DNA of 64,000 nt from Gammaproteobacteria bacterium (GTDB lineage: Bacteria > Pseudomonadota > Gammaproteobacteria > Ga0077536): assembly GCA_041984235.1 (NCBI GenBank), contig JBHIYN010000001.1:164985-228984 (forward strand). The letters run 5' to 3'. Position numbers and translations under genes: made by a program. The notes under the pieces were generated by a model, which saw only the letters and a program-made list of their open reading frames with translations, was not told where the DNA came from and did not search any database. Shown here one piece after another: positions 44,732-55,565 of the stretch (position 1 is its first letter; every line of letters begins with the position of its first letter).

Positions 44732-44744
44732 GGTCGGCGCGCCG

Positions 44745-45626
44745 TCAGCCGCCGCGCGGCGCGCGCATCGCGTTCAGGCTGAGCACCAGCAGCGCCAGCA
44801 CGATCAGCGCCATGCCGAGCGCCTCCAGGACGTTCGGGCGCTCGCCGAACTGCAGTGCCGAGGCGGCCATGGCGATCGGCGGTGCGGCCAGCGTCGCCAT
44901 GCCGGCGGTACCGGCTTCGAGCTTGTCGAGCGCGTACATCCACAGCATCCAGCCGCCGGCCGTGATGACCACGGTCACCAGCAGCAGCACGGCGACGAAG
45001 CGCGGCGACCATACGATCGGCGCCTCGTCGATCGACAGCGCCAGCGCGAGCAGCGGCAGCGAGCCGAACACCATCTGCCAGGCGGTCATCGACAACAAAT
45101 CCATCGGTGCGCGACGCTGCAGGCGCTTGACCATGACCGCCCCGGCCGCCCACGCCGTCGCCGCGCCCAGCGCCAGCCCGTTGCTGGTCATGCTGCCGTG
45201 CATGCGCCAGGGCTGGATGATGGCGGCGAGGCCGGCGGCAGCGAGCGCGATCGCGAGCCACTGGCGTCCAGGTACCCGTTCGCCCAGCCACACCCGCGCG
45301 AACAGCAGGGTGAAGAAGGGCATGGTGTAGACCAGGAAGGCGACCCGGCCGGGGTTACCCCTGGCCACGGCCCAGGTCGAGAGCGTGAACAGCGCCGCGG
45401 TCTGGACCATGCCCAGCGTCACCAACTCCGGTACGCGGCGAGGCAGGACCGGGCGCTTGGTCAGCCGCAGCATCAGCAGCAGGCATACCGCGCTCAGGCT
45501 CATGCGCAGCGCGGTGAAGGTGAAGGGCTCGGCGTCGAGCAGGCCGAGCTTGAGGGCGACCCAGCCGTAGCCCCACAGCACCGACATGGTCAGCAGCGCC
45601 AGCAGCGGGCGGGCGGGGAGGTTCAA
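44745..45626 (-). CDS. DMT-superfamily (EamA-like) transporter
   Basis: About ten predicted transmembrane segments and duplicated EamA-like halves. Confidence 0.7.
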   Translation of the reverse strand: MNLPARPLLALLTMSVLWGYGWVALKLGLLDAEPFTFTALRMSLSAVCLLLMLRLTKRPVLPRRVPELVTLGMVQTAALFTLSTWAVARGNPGRVAFLVYTMPFFTLLFARVWLGERVPGRQWLAIALAAAGLAAIIQPWRMHGSMTSNGLALGAATAWAAGAVMVKRLQRRAPMDLLSMTAWQMVFGSLPLLALALSIDEAPIVWSPRFVAVLLLVTVVITAGGWMLWMYALDKLEAGTAGMATLAAPPIAMAASALQFGERPNVLEALGMALIVLALLVLSLNAMRAPRGG

Positions 45627-45762
45627 GGGCGCAGGCGATCTCGGGGAGGTAGCGCCTCATGATAGCGCCGTCGCCGCGACCCCGGTGCGTCCGTCGACAA
45701 GCGCGTCAGGTAATCGCGCCCGGCAATCGCGCCTGGCGACTGCGCCGGGCGGCCGTGCGGTC

Positions 45763-46131
45763 TCAGGCCGCGCCGCGGGTGGCCAGCGCGCGCTCGCGGT
45801 TGAACAGGAACAGCGGGAAGGCGAAGCAGTTGCCGATGGTGCACGCGGCGGCGATGTAGCCCCAGCCGAAGCGCATGCCGAGGCGGCGCGCCTCGGGCAG
45901 CACGAACACCATGAACGCGAACCACGAGCCGACGAGATCGATGGTGATGAAGCCGGCCGCGTGGTTGGCGCGGTAGGCATCGCGGAAGAAGTCGCGGAAG
46001 AAGGCGACCTGGTCGAGCAGGCTGCCGCCGTCCTCCAGCCATTGCAGCGTCCAGGCGACGCCGTGACTCCAGGCCCACAGCGCCGCGCCGATGGCGAGCA
46101 GCAGGTAGATTCCCTGGCGCAGTGCGCGCAT
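45763..46131 (-). CDS. hypothetical small membrane protein
   Basis: A 122-aa protein with 3 to 4 hydrophobic helices. Confidence 0.45.
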   Translation of the reverse strand: MRALRQGIYLLLAIGAALWAWSHGVAWTLQWLEDGGSLLDQVAFFRDFFRDAYRANHAAGFITIDLVGSWFAFMVFVLPEARRLGMRFGWGYIAAACTIGNCFAFPLFLFNRERALATRGAA

Positions 46132-46176
46132 GTCGTGTCTCCCCCTGGTGAAAGATTTCGTCGCGGCCGTTGCCGC

Positions 46177-47013
46177 TCAGGCATCGTCCTCGGCGAGAAA
46201 GTCGAGCAGCAGGCGCGAGAAGCGCGCCGCGTGCTCGATCTGGGTCCAGTGCCCGCAGCAGCCGAACACGTGTAGCTGCGAGCGTTCGATGAGTTCGTTG
46301 AAGCGCAGCGAGTTGGCCAGCGGCACCACGCGGTCGTCGCGGCCATGGACGATGAGGGTCTCCTGGCGGATCGCCGCGATGTCCCGCTCGTCGCTGGCCA
46401 GCGCTTCGATCCAGCGCTGGCGCGGGGCCGGGAACATCGCGCTGTAGGCCTCCTGGATGCCGGGGCGTATCGAGGCTTCGTAGCGCATGCGCGCGAGGTC
46501 GTCGCTGACCAGGTCGCGGTTCCAGGCGAAGGTGTCCATCATCGCGCGCATGTTCGCGACCGAGGGCGTGTAGCCCCACACCGCGTCCAGCGCCGGGGTC
46601 AGCTCGAAATGCACGCCGGCCGCGCCCATCAGCACCAGCCGGCGCACGCGTGCGGGGTGGCGGATGGCGAGCGCGAGCGAGAGCGCGCCGCCGAAGGAAT
46701 TGCCGACCAGGTCGATCCGCTCGAGCTCGAGGGCGTCGAGGAAGTCGAGTGCGTGGCGCACCCAGGTGTCGAGGTCGTAGGCGATGCCGTCGGGCCGCGC
46801 GGTGTAGCCGAAGCCGACCATGTCCGGCGCCAGCACGCGGTGATGGCGCGCCAGCTCGGGCAGGGTCAGGCGCCAGTTGGCCCAGCCGGTGACGCCGGGG
46901 CCGGAGCCGTGGATCAGCACCACCGGTGAGCCCGTGCCCAGGTCGTGGTAGTTGGTGGCGATGCCGCCGGCATCGATGGAACGTCCGATTTCGGGATTGT
47001 CGGTCTGGCTCAT
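46177..47013 (-). CDS. meta-cleavage-product hydrolase (alpha/beta hydrolase, BphD/TodF-like)
   Basis: 'VVLIHGSGPGVTGWANW' and the nucleophile motif 'GNSFGG' are present. Confidence 0.8.
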   Translation of the reverse strand: MSQTDNPEIGRSIDAGGIATNYHDLGTGSPVVLIHGSGPGVTGWANWRLTLPELARHHRVLAPDMVGFGYTARPDGIAYDLDTWVRHALDFLDALELERIDLVGNSFGGALSLALAIRHPARVRRLVLMGAAGVHFELTPALDAVWGYTPSVANMRAMMDTFAWNRDLVSDDLARMRYEASIRPGIQEAYSAMFPAPRQRWIEALASDERDIAAIRQETLIVHGRDDRVVPLANSLRFNELIERSQLHVFGCCGHWTQIEHAARFSRLLLDFLAEDDA

Positions 47014-47113
47014 GGCAGGGGTCTTCGTGGCGGGCGCGAGGGCGCCGGAAAAGTGGTTTGCAGGCGTATGGTACGCAAGATTACATTAGCCGCTCTGCCA
47101 CGACCAACGCGGC

Positions 47114-48580
47114 GTGGCGCCGCGGTGCCCGCAACGTCCCATGCCAGCCATCGAACTGACCCGCATTCTCGACTATCACGCCGGCCGCCATGACGGCATT
47201 GCCTACCGGCTCGGTGAGGACGCCCTGACCTGGGCCGAGCTCGGGCGCCGCGCCGCGGCGCGCGCGGCGCTGCTCGCGCGCCACGGCGTGGTGCACGACG
47301 ACCTGGTCGCGCTGAGCCTGCCCAACGGGCCCGCATTCTTCGAGACGGCCTTCGCGATCTGGCAGTGCGGCGCCACGCCGCTGCCGCTGTCACCGCGGCT
47401 GGCCGAGCAGGAACGCCGCGCGATCCTCGAGCTGGCACGGGCGCGGGTGTACGTCGCCGAGAACGACTGCACGGGCAGCGGCGTGCCCTGGCTGGCGCCG
47501 GACGCGCCGACCGGCGCGGCGGATTTCGTTGCTGCCGCCACGACCTCGCACTGGAAGGCGTGTACCAGCGGCGGCAGCACCGGGCGGCCCAAGATCATCG
47601 TCGACCACCGGCCCGGTGCGTTCGACCCCGAGGCCGAGTTCGTCGCCCTGCCGCGCGACGGCGTAGTGCTGAACACCGCGCCGCTCTATCACAACGGTCC
47701 GTTCAGCGCGATGGCGATGGCGCTGTTCAAGGGCTCGACGGTGATCGACATGGCCCGCTTCGACGCCGAGCGGGTCCTCGCCCTCATCGAGGCCCACCGC
47801 GTGCAGTGGGTCTACATGGTGCCGACCATGATGCATCGCATCTGGCGCCTCGGTGAGGACGTGCGTGCGCGCTACGACCTGTCCTCGCTGCAGATGGTGT
47901 TCCACACCGCCGGACCGATCCCGCGCTGGCTCAAGCAGGCCTGGATCGAGTGGCTGGGGCCGGCGCGCGTCGGCGAGGTCTACGGCGCGACCGAGGGGCT
48001 CGCCCGCATCTGGATATCCGGCGAGGAGTGGCTGCAGCGGCCAGGCGCGGTCGGCCGGGTCGCGGGTGGCGCGCGCGTGCGCATCCTGGATGCGGACGGG
48101 CGCGACTGTGCGACCGGCGAGGTCGGCGAGGTCTACCTGATGCCGCCCGGCGGTCCCGGGTCGACCTACCATTACATTGGCGCCGAATCGCGCCGCACCG
48201 CCGACGGCTGGGAATCGGTCGGCGATCTCGGCTGGCTGGACGCGGACGGCTATCTCTACCTCAGCGACCGCCGCGACGACATGATCGTCAGCGGTGGCGT
48301 CAACGTCTACCCGGCCGAGGTCGAAGGCGCGCTGCTCGGGCATCCGGACGTCGCCTCGGTTGCGGTGATCGGCCTGGCCGACGACGAGTTCGGTCATACC
48401 GTGCACGCCGTGGTCCAGCCGCGCGGGACGGCGCCGGCTGCCGCGGACCTGAAGGCCTGGCTGGGTGAGCACCTGGTGCCGGCCAAGATCCCGCGCAGCT
48501 TCGAGTTCGTCGATCACCCGGTGCGCGATGACGCCGGCAAGGTGCGGCGCAGCGCGCTGCGCGCCGCGCGGCAGGGCTGA
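47114..48580 (+). CDS. AMP-dependent synthetase/ligase (acyl-CoA ligase)
   Basis: The AMP-binding motif 'TSGGSTGRPKIIV' is present. Confidence 0.8.
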   Translation: MAPRCPQRPMPAIELTRILDYHAGRHDGIAYRLGEDALTWAELGRRAAARAALLARHGVVHDDLVALSLPNGPAFFETAFAIWQCGATPLPLSPRLAEQERRAILELARARVYVAENDCTGSGVPWLAPDAPTGAADFVAAATTSHWKACTSGGSTGRPKIIVDHRPGAFDPEAEFVALPRDGVVLNTAPLYHNGPFSAMAMALFKGSTVIDMARFDAERVLALIEAHRVQWVYMVPTMMHRIWRLGEDVRARYDLSSLQMVFHTAGPIPRWLKQAWIEWLGPARVGEVYGATEGLARIWISGEEWLQRPGAVGRVAGGARVRILDADGRDCATGEVGEVYLMPPGGPGSTYHYIGAESRRTADGWESVGDLGWLDADGYLYLSDRRDDMIVSGGVNVYPAEVEGALLGHPDVASVAVIGLADDEFGHTVHAVVQPRGTAPAAADLKAWLGEHLVPAKIPRSFEFVDHPVRDDAGKVRRSALRAARQG

Positions 48581-48645
48581 AGGCGGTGCCGGCATGCGGT
48601 CACTGCCAATGACGGAGCGGCGCCTGTGCGTGACCGTTCACGACC

Positions 48646-49689
48646 GTGCCGGACGCGCAGGACCGTAGCCGGGCGTTTCTCTTCGGTGGTGCGCTGGCCA
48701 CGCCGGCGCGCCTCGCTTATGGGCTCGCGCCGCTGATCCAGGTGCTGGAGGATCGCGGCGCGGCGGTCGAGCCGCTGCTGGCGGCATCCGAGATCCCGCG
48801 CTTCGCGCTGGAGGAGCCGAGCTACCGCATCACCATCGAGCAGGAGTTGGACTTCACTCGGCGTGCGCTGACCGTGCTCGACGAGCCGCACGTCGCGCTG
48901 GACGTCGGCGGGTATTTCCATCTTTCAATGTTCGGTCTGCTCGGGCTCGCCGCCGCGTGTGCGCCCAGCGTGCGCGAGCTGTTCCACATCATCCTGTCCT
49001 ACCCGCCGCTGGCCTGGGGCCTGATCGAGGTCAGCGTGTGGCGGCGCGGCACGGCGACGTACGTCGTCTACGAGCCGGGAGCGACGGTCGGCGACCTGGG
49101 CGAGTATTACGTCGCGCGCGACATGGCGGCCACGCTGACCCTGTTTCGCGACACGCTGGGTCCGCGGCTGCGGCCGCAGGCGGTGCGCCTGCGCGATGCG
49201 GACCGTGCGCGTGCGGAGGCGATTGCCGCGCGTTTCGGCTGTCGCGTAACGCGTGACGCGAGCGCCGACGAGCTGCATTTCGCATCCGCGGTGTGGGAGG
49301 CCGTGCCGCCGCAGGCGAACGGCATGTCGCGGCGCTTCTTCGAGAACCAGTGCCGGCGCCTGGCCGAATCGATGCAGGGACCGTTCAGCTTCACCGACAT
49401 CGTGCGCGGCCGCCTGCGCACGGCGACGCCGATGCCGTCGCTGGACGAGCTGGCCGGCGCACTGCACCTCACCACGCGCACCCTGCAGCGGCGCCTGGCG
49501 GCCGAGGATGCCGGCTTCTCCCGGGTGCTGCGTGAAGTCCGCGAGGAGCGCGCACGCGACCTGCTGCGGCGTCGCGCGCTGCACGTCGAGGAGGTGGCGT
49601 ACCGTCTGGGCTTCCGCGATCCGGACGCCTTCTCGCGCGCCTTCCGTGGCTGGACCGGTTGCTCGCCGAGCGAATACCGGCGCGGCTGA
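48646..49689 (+). CDS. AraC-family transcriptional regulator
   Basis: A C-terminal AraC HTH ('LDELAGALHLTTRTLQRRL...VAYRLGFRDPDAFSRAFRGWTGCSPSEYR') is present. The N-terminal start is uncertain. Confidence 0.75.
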   Translation: MPDAQDRSRAFLFGGALATPARLAYGLAPLIQVLEDRGAAVEPLLAASEIPRFALEEPSYRITIEQELDFTRRALTVLDEPHVALDVGGYFHLSMFGLLGLAAACAPSVRELFHIILSYPPLAWGLIEVSVWRRGTATYVVYEPGATVGDLGEYYVARDMAATLTLFRDTLGPRLRPQAVRLRDADRARAEAIAARFGCRVTRDASADELHFASAVWEAVPPQANGMSRRFFENQCRRLAESMQGPFSFTDIVRGRLRTATPMPSLDELAGALHLTTRTLQRRLAAEDAGFSRVLREVREERARDLLRRRALHVEEVAYRLGFRDPDAFSRAFRGWTGCSPSEYRRG

Positions 49690-49930
49690 GGCCCGGTGCC
49701 CCGGGGCAAGGGCTGTCGTAAAATGTCGGGTGTATTTCGTGATTGGCGCTTCCCGTACGCGGACCATGTGGCGACCATTGGCAGATGGCGGCTGCCGACC
49801 GCCGGTGCCCGGGCGTGCGCCCGTCGGCGCGGGCCGGTCCGGCTGCCGGAGGGTGCACGGCACGCGAGGGGAGGTCGCAGCATGCACGATGCAGCAAGGG
49901 GTTCGCTCCGGGGGCGCCGGGCAGCGCGGG

Positions 49931-51152
49931 GCAACGGCTCATGACCGGCACTGAAGCCGTTGTACGTGCGGGGCCGGACTTCGACCCGACGCGGCCCGAA
50001 GTGCAGCGCGATCCCTACCCGTGGTACCGCCGCCTGCGCGACGAGGCGCCGGTCTGTCACATCCCTGCGCTCAATGCCTGGGGCCTGTTCCGCTACGACG
50101 ACTGCAAGCACACCTTCCTGCATCCGGAGGACTACTCGGCACGCGACTTCATCGCGCAGGCCTTCGGCGATCTCGACCCGGTGCCGGAGACGCCGTCGCT
50201 GATCGCGCTCGATCCGCCGGCGCACACGCCGCTGCGCAAGCTCACCGCGACCGCCTTCGTGCCTTCGGTGACCCGCCGCATGGAGCCCAAGGTGCGCGCC
50301 ATCGTCGACGGCCTGCTCGACGAGATCGAAGCGCGCGGGCGGCGCTTCGATTTCGTCAACGACTTTGCCGCCTACGTCCCGGTCAGCGTCACCGCGGAAC
50401 TCATCGGGGTCGATCCGAGCCAGCGCGAGAACTTCAAGATCTGGACCGCCGACCTGCTCAACGCCGCCAACCGCGCCAACCTGACTGATGCCGACGTGCG
50501 TCGCATCCGCGCCAGCGTGGCCGAGCTGCGTGCGTATCTGGAACAGGCCATCGAGGAGCGCCGGGCGGCGCCGCGCGAGGATTTCATCTCCATGCTGCTG
50601 GCGGCCGAGGTCGACGGCGACGTGTTGTCGGAGATCCAGGTCCTGAGCACCACCATCCTGACCCATTTCGGCGGCTCGGAGACGCCGTCGCACCTGATCT
50701 CCAGCGCACTGATCGCGATGTTCGACAACCCGCACGTGCACCAGGCGGTACTCGCCGACCACGCGCTGGCCGGTCCGCTGGTCGACGAGACGCTGCGCTA
50801 CTGGTCACCGGTCAACCTCGTGTTCCAGACCGCGACGCGCGACCTCGAGCTGCATGACGTCACCATCCCCGGCGGGTCCTACGTGCTGTCCTACATCAGC
50901 TCGGCCAACCGCGACGAGCGGCGTTTCGAGGATCCGGACCGCTTCGACCTCGGCCGCGATCCGCACGGCCACCTGTCCTTCGCGCACGGTCCGCACTACT
51001 GCCCGGGCGGCTCGCTGGGCCGGCGCATGGGCGCGATCGCGCTGGAGGCGGTGCTCGAACGCATGCCGGAAATCCGGCGCCTCGACGACACTACCGACTG
51101 GCTGCCGTCGCTGTGGGTGCGGGGGGCGAAGACCCTGCCGGTCGCCTACTGA
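49931..51152 (+). CDS. cytochrome P450
   Basis: The heme-binding loop 'FAHGPHYCPGGSLGRRMG' and the ExxR motif 'DETLRYW' are present. The start is at 'MTGTEAVV'. Confidence 0.85.
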
Positions 51153-51175
51153 CGGGCACGGCCGGGCACCGGATC

Positions 51176-52558
51176 ATGAGCGAAGTCCCCTTGCCGACGC
51201 TGGTCGTCCACGGCGGGCACGTGGTCGACGGGCTCGGTCACGCGCCGGTCGCCGCGGACGTCGTCGTCGCGGGCACGCGTATCGTCACCGTCGCGGCGGG
51301 TGCGGCGGCGCAGGTCACGACGCCCGGCGTGACCCGCATCGATGCCGGTGGCATGACCGTCATGCCCGGCCTGATCGATGCCCACTGTCACATCAGCTTC
51401 GACGAGCCGAATTCGAACGACGAGCTCTTCTTCCACCGCCGCGAAGGGCTGGCGGCGATCATCGCGGCGGCCAACGTCGGCAAGCTGCTGGGCGCCGGCG
51501 TGACCGGCTTTCTCGACGCCGACTCCCTGTACGAAATCGGCGTCGACCTGCGCGATGCGATCGAGGCCGGCATCGTGAGCGGGCCGCGCATGTCGACCGG
51601 CGGTAACGCGCTGCTGACCTCGGTCGGCGGCACCGCCGGCCGCCTGATCCCCGACGAGGGCCGGCGCGGCTACGGCAAGGTGGTCAACACGCGTGACGAG
51701 ATCGTGCAGGAGGTGCGGCGCCAGATCAAAATCGGCGTCGACTGGATCAAGGTCCACGTCACCGGTCTCACGCCGCGCCAGAAGGTACGCGGCGAGGTGC
51801 AGGGCTGGAGCTTCGACGAGCTCCGGCTGGTGTGCGATACCGCGCACGAACTCGGTATTCCGGTGGTCGGCCACTGCCGCGGCGCGTCGAGCACGCGCGA
51901 CGCGGCGCGCGCCGGTTTCGACATGCTGTTGCACGCGACCTACATGGACGAGGAGGCGCTGGCCGCCGTGGTCGAGGCGCGCGTGCCGGTCGTGCCGACC
52001 TTCACCTTCCAGGCCAACCTCGCTGACTACGGCGCCGCGATCGGCGCATCGCCGGAGATCCGGCGCGTGTTCCAGCAAGAGATCACCGAGAGCGCGGCCA
52101 TGCTGCGGCGCGCCTACGACGCCGGGGTGCCGCTGCTGTGCGGCAGTGAGAGCGGCTTCTCGCTCACCCCTTACGGCGACTGGCATTACCGCGAGCTCGA
52201 AGTGTTCGTGCGCGAGCTCGGCTTCACCCCGCTGGAGGCGGTGCGCGCGGCGACCAGCGCGAATGCCGTGGCGCTGGGGCTGGACGGCGAGACCGGCGCC
52301 ATCGAGCCCGGAAGGCTGGCCGATCTGATCGTCGTCGACGGCGACGTCGCGCAAGACGTCAGCGTGCTGGGTGAACGTCAGCGCATTCGTCACGTGGTGC
52401 TGGACGGGCGCGAGGTTGCGCCGGCGCCGCGCGCCGAGCGTGGTGATCCACCGGGCTGGCGCCCGACCCATTACGGCGCGCGTACCCTGACCCGCGCGGT
52501 GGTCGATGCGCTCGGCGCCGATGCCGCAGGCAGCGACGAGGCCAAGTCCGCCGGATGA
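51176..52558 (+). CDS. amidohydrolase-family metal-dependent hydrolase
   Basis: The metal-binding motifs 'VMPGLIDAHCHISFD' and 'VVGHCRG' are present. Confidence 0.75.
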   Translation: MSEVPLPTLVVHGGHVVDGLGHAPVAADVVVAGTRIVTVAAGAAAQVTTPGVTRIDAGGMTVMPGLIDAHCHISFDEPNSNDELFFHRREGLAAIIAAANVGKLLGAGVTGFLDADSLYEIGVDLRDAIEAGIVSGPRMSTGGNALLTSVGGTAGRLIPDEGRRGYGKVVNTRDEIVQEVRRQIKIGVDWIKVHVTGLTPRQKVRGEVQGWSFDELRLVCDTAHELGIPVVGHCRGASSTRDAARAGFDMLLHATYMDEEALAAVVEARVPVVPTFTFQANLADYGAAIGASPEIRRVFQQEITESAAMLRRAYDAGVPLLCGSESGFSLTPYGDWHYRELEVFVRELGFTPLEAVRAATSANAVALGLDGETGAIEPGRLADLIVVDGDVAQDVSVLGERQRIRHVVLDGREVAPAPRAERGDPPGWRPTHYGARTLTRAVVDALGADAAGSDEAKSAG

Positions 52559-53589
52559 GCCTGGCCGACGCCGAGACCATCGACGTCCACGCCCACGCGG
52601 TGCTGGAGCAGACCCTGGGCGCGGCCGGCGCGTACGGCCCCGAGCTCGGGCACGAGGCGGCACCGCGCTTCCGCGTCGGCGACTATGTGCTGCATGGCGT
52701 GCGCTACCGCGGCAGCCCGTTCATGGACGTCGAGCTGCGCCTGCAGGCCATGGACCGCGCCGGTCTCGATTTCCAGGTCCTTTCCCCCAACCCGCTGACT
52801 TATTTTCACTTCATCGAAGCCGCTACCGCACGCGACTTCTGCCGCGTGCACAACGACGCGCTGGCCGCCGCGGTCGCGCCGCATCCCGAGCGGCTGGCGG
52901 CGTTCGCCGCGGTGCCGATGCAGGACGTCGGCTGCGCGGTCGAGGAGACGCGCCGCGCGGTCGGCGAGCTCGACATGCTGGGACCCTACATCGGCACCGA
53001 CATCGGCCGGCCACTGAACGACGCCGCGCTGGACCCCTTCTACGCTGCGCTCTGCGAGCTCGACGTGCCGCTCATGATCCACCCGGCGCCAGCCGGCATC
53101 GACGGCCCGGCCGGCGACGCCAACCTGCGCCAGTTCGACCTCGACATCATCATCGGTTTCGCCGCGCAGGAGACCATCGCGGTCGCCAGCCTGATCTACG
53201 GCGGCGTGCTCGAGCGCCATCCGACCCTCGACGTCTGCATCAGCCACGGTGGCGGCGCGACCGGTTATCTTTATGGCCGGCTGGCCAGCGCCGCACGCAA
53301 GCGGCCGTGGGCGAGCGCGGCGCTGCGCGCCGACGGCGCGTTCGAGGCCCTCATGGACCGCCTGTGGTTCGACGTGCACGTGCATGCCGCCGATTCGCTG
53401 GCCTTGCTCGAGCAGCGCGTGAACCGTGAGCACCTGGTGTTCGGGACCAACTTCGCCGGCTGGGATCAGCAGCCGGGGGATCTGCGCGCGGAGGCACGGC
53501 CCTGGGCCGACAACGCGCGGCACCTGCTGCGCGCCGCGCGCGGCGCCGGACAGCTTGCGAGCACCGGCGAACGGGCCGGGCGAGGCTGA
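52555..53589 (+). CDS. amidohydrolase-2 family (ACMSD-like) protein
   Basis: 'IDVHAHAV' and fold-typical downstream motifs are present. It overlaps the previous gene by 4 nt. Confidence 0.75.
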   Translation: MSLADAETIDVHAHAVLEQTLGAAGAYGPELGHEAAPRFRVGDYVLHGVRYRGSPFMDVELRLQAMDRAGLDFQVLSPNPLTYFHFIEAATARDFCRVHNDALAAAVAPHPERLAAFAAVPMQDVGCAVEETRRAVGELDMLGPYIGTDIGRPLNDAALDPFYAALCELDVPLMIHPAPAGIDGPAGDANLRQFDLDIIIGFAAQETIAVASLIYGGVLERHPTLDVCISHGGGATGYLYGRLASAARKRPWASAALRADGAFEALMDRLWFDVHVHAADSLALLEQRVNREHLVFGTNFAGWDQQPGDLRAEARPWADNARHLLRAARGAGQLASTGERAGRG

Positions 53590-53807
53590 CCCGGTGGACG
53601 TTATTGCAGTGCGTTTCAGGGGGACGCCGGAGGGCTGCGGGAGCGGCTTCGAGCGCAAGCGGGCCAGGGATGGTTCAGCGTGGCGCAAGAGCAGAGAGGC
53701 CGGCCATGGAAGGCCGGCCGAACGTGAGCGGACGCAGCTCTCCGGCGGCCGCCCCGGCACCGTTTCCCCGAGTCACCGACCATCACCAACCCCCAGCGAG
53801 TAACTGC

Positions 53808-54377
53808 ATGACCGATCTCCAATCCCTGGAAGCCCGCATCGATCGCATCGAGTCACGCGCCGCCATCGGCGAGTTGGTGACGGCTTACGCCATCGCCTGC
53901 GACGAGCACGACATGCCGCGCCTGACCGACCTGTTTACCACCGACGCCTGCTTCGATTCGCCCAGCGGGGCGATGGTGGCCAACGGCCGTGAGGCCATCG
54001 CCGCGATGTTCGTCGAGTTGTTCAAGGTGCGTGGCCCGGCCTTCCACTGGACCCACGATCGCGTCGTCACCTTCGACGACCGCGATCCCGATCGGGCCAC
54101 CGGACTGGTGCTGAGCCATGCCGAGACCTGCCCCAACGACACCGTCAGTCTCGCCGCCATGCGTTACCACGACGACTACCGGCGCGAGCACGGGCGCTGG
54201 CGTTTCGCCCGGCGCGTGATCAGCTTTCTCTACTACGTACCGGTGACCGAGTTCGCCGGCGCGCTGAAGGACCGCAACCGGCTCAGCATCGGCGGCCAGC
54301 GGCTGCCGGCCGACTACCCCGAGACGCTCGCAGCGTGGCAGGCCTTCCACCGCGAGCACGTCGCCACGGGGACCTGA
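53808..54377 (+). CDS. SnoaL/NTF2-like fold protein
   Basis: A 189-aa protein from 'MTDLQSLEARIDRIESRAAIGELVTAYAIACDEHD', a typical SnoaL-like N-terminus. Confidence 0.6.
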   Translation: MTDLQSLEARIDRIESRAAIGELVTAYAIACDEHDMPRLTDLFTTDACFDSPSGAMVANGREAIAAMFVELFKVRGPAFHWTHDRVVTFDDRDPDRATGLVLSHAETCPNDTVSLAAMRYHDDYRREHGRWRFARRVISFLYYVPVTEFAGALKDRNRLSIGGQRLPADYPETLAAWQAFHREHVATGT

Positions 54378-54395
54378 AGCCGGCGCGGCGCAGTT

Positions 54396-55565
54396 ATGAC
54401 GAGGACGACGATGGACAGGCAGGAAGAGATGCGCGCCCTGACGCGGCGCGCGCTGGCCCACTTCGAACAGGGCACCACCGACCAGGCCGACAGCACCATG
54501 GCCATCCCGGTCGCGGCCTACGTCGACCCGGAACGCTATCAACGCGAGGTCGAGCGCATCTTCAAGCACCTGCCGCTGGCGCTCGCGCTCAGCATCGAGC
54601 TGCCCGCGCCCGGTGACTACCGTGCGATGCAGGTGCTGGACGTGCCCGTGATCGTGGTGCGCGGCAAGGACGGTACCGTGCGCGCCTTTCTCAATGCCTG
54701 CCGCCACCGCGGCGCACGGGTGTGCGAGCCGGGTCAGGGGCGGGCGCGCGTGTTCACCTGCCCCTACCATGCCTGGGCCTACGACGTGCACGGCCGGCTG
54801 ATCAGCCGCTACGCGGCCGAGACCTTCGGCGAGGTCGACCATGCCACGCTAGGCCTCACCGAGCTCGCCTGTGCCGAGCGTGCCGGGCTGGTCTACGTCA
54901 TGCTGACCCCGGGCGAGAGTTTCGACATCGACGACTGGCTGGGCGATTTCGCCGCCGAGCTGGAAACGCTGAAGCTCGACACCTGGAGCATCTTCGAGAC
55001 GCGCGAGCTGCCAGGACCTGGATGGAAGGTGGCGCTGGACGGCTACCTGGAGGCCTACCACCACAACTCCCTGCACGGCAAGACGGTCGGCAAGCTCACC
55101 GTCGGCAACCTGCTGGTACTCGACACCTGGGGGCCGCACCAGCGCCTGACCTTCGGCCGCAAGTCGCTCGGTACGCTGGTCGGCGTGCCGGAGTCGGAGT
55201 GGGACGTCAACGCGCACATCCGGCTCATACACAACTGCTTCCCCAACCTCTCGATCTCGGGGATCCTCGGCGACCACTGCCTGGTCAGCCAGATCTTCCC
55301 GGGGCCGACGCCGGCTTCGACCACCACCCGCCAGGTGGTGTTGGTGGCCGAGCCACCCCAGGACGCGGCGGCGCGCGCGGCCTCGGAGCTGTTCAGCGCG
55401 ATGGTGCTGCAGGCGGTGCGCGACGAGGACTACGCGGTCGGCGCCACCATCCAGGACGGCCTGAACTCGGGAGCGAACACCGAGTTCCTGCTCGGCCGCA
55501 ACGAGCCGGCGGTGCAGAACTATCATCGTGCGGTCGCCCGCTTCATGGCCGACGCGTCCCGCTGA
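54396..55565 (+). CDS. Rieske non-heme iron oxygenase alpha subunit, stand-alone (KshA/monooxygenase-like)
   Basis: The Rieske motif 'CRHRGARVC...CPYHAWAY' and iron site 'EAYHHNSLH' are present. No beta subunit is adjacent. An alternative ATG at 54411 has a GAGGA SD. Confidence 0.8.
   Translation: MTRTTMDRQEEMRALTRRALAHFEQGTTDQADSTMAIPVAAYVDPERYQREVERIFKHLPLALALSIELPAPGDYRAMQVLDVPVIVVRGKDGTVRAFLNACRHRGARVCEPGQGRARVFTCPYHAWAYDVHGRLISRYAAETFGEVDHATLGLTELACAERAGLVYVMLTPGESFDIDDWLGDFAAELETLKLDTWSIFETRELPGPGWKVALDGYLEAYHHNSLHGKTVGKLTVGNLLVLDTWGPHQRLTFGRKSLGTLVGVPESEWDVNAHIRLIHNCFPNLSISGILGDHCLVSQIFPGPTPASTTTRQVVLVAEPPQDAAARAASELFSAMVLQAVRDEDYAVGATIQDGLNSGANTEFLLGRNEPAVQNYHRAVARFMADASR

Noticed and set aside
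53808-55565. A same-frame TGA join between the SnoaL-like ORF (ends 54377) and the Rieske alpha ORF (starts 54396) is a possible fourth selenoprotein.
   Set aside because: There is no Cys or redox motif around the TGA. An ATG at 54411 with a GAGGA SD gives an independent Rieske start. Same-frame adjacency occurs by chance one time in three, and stop codons are rare in GC-rich sequence.
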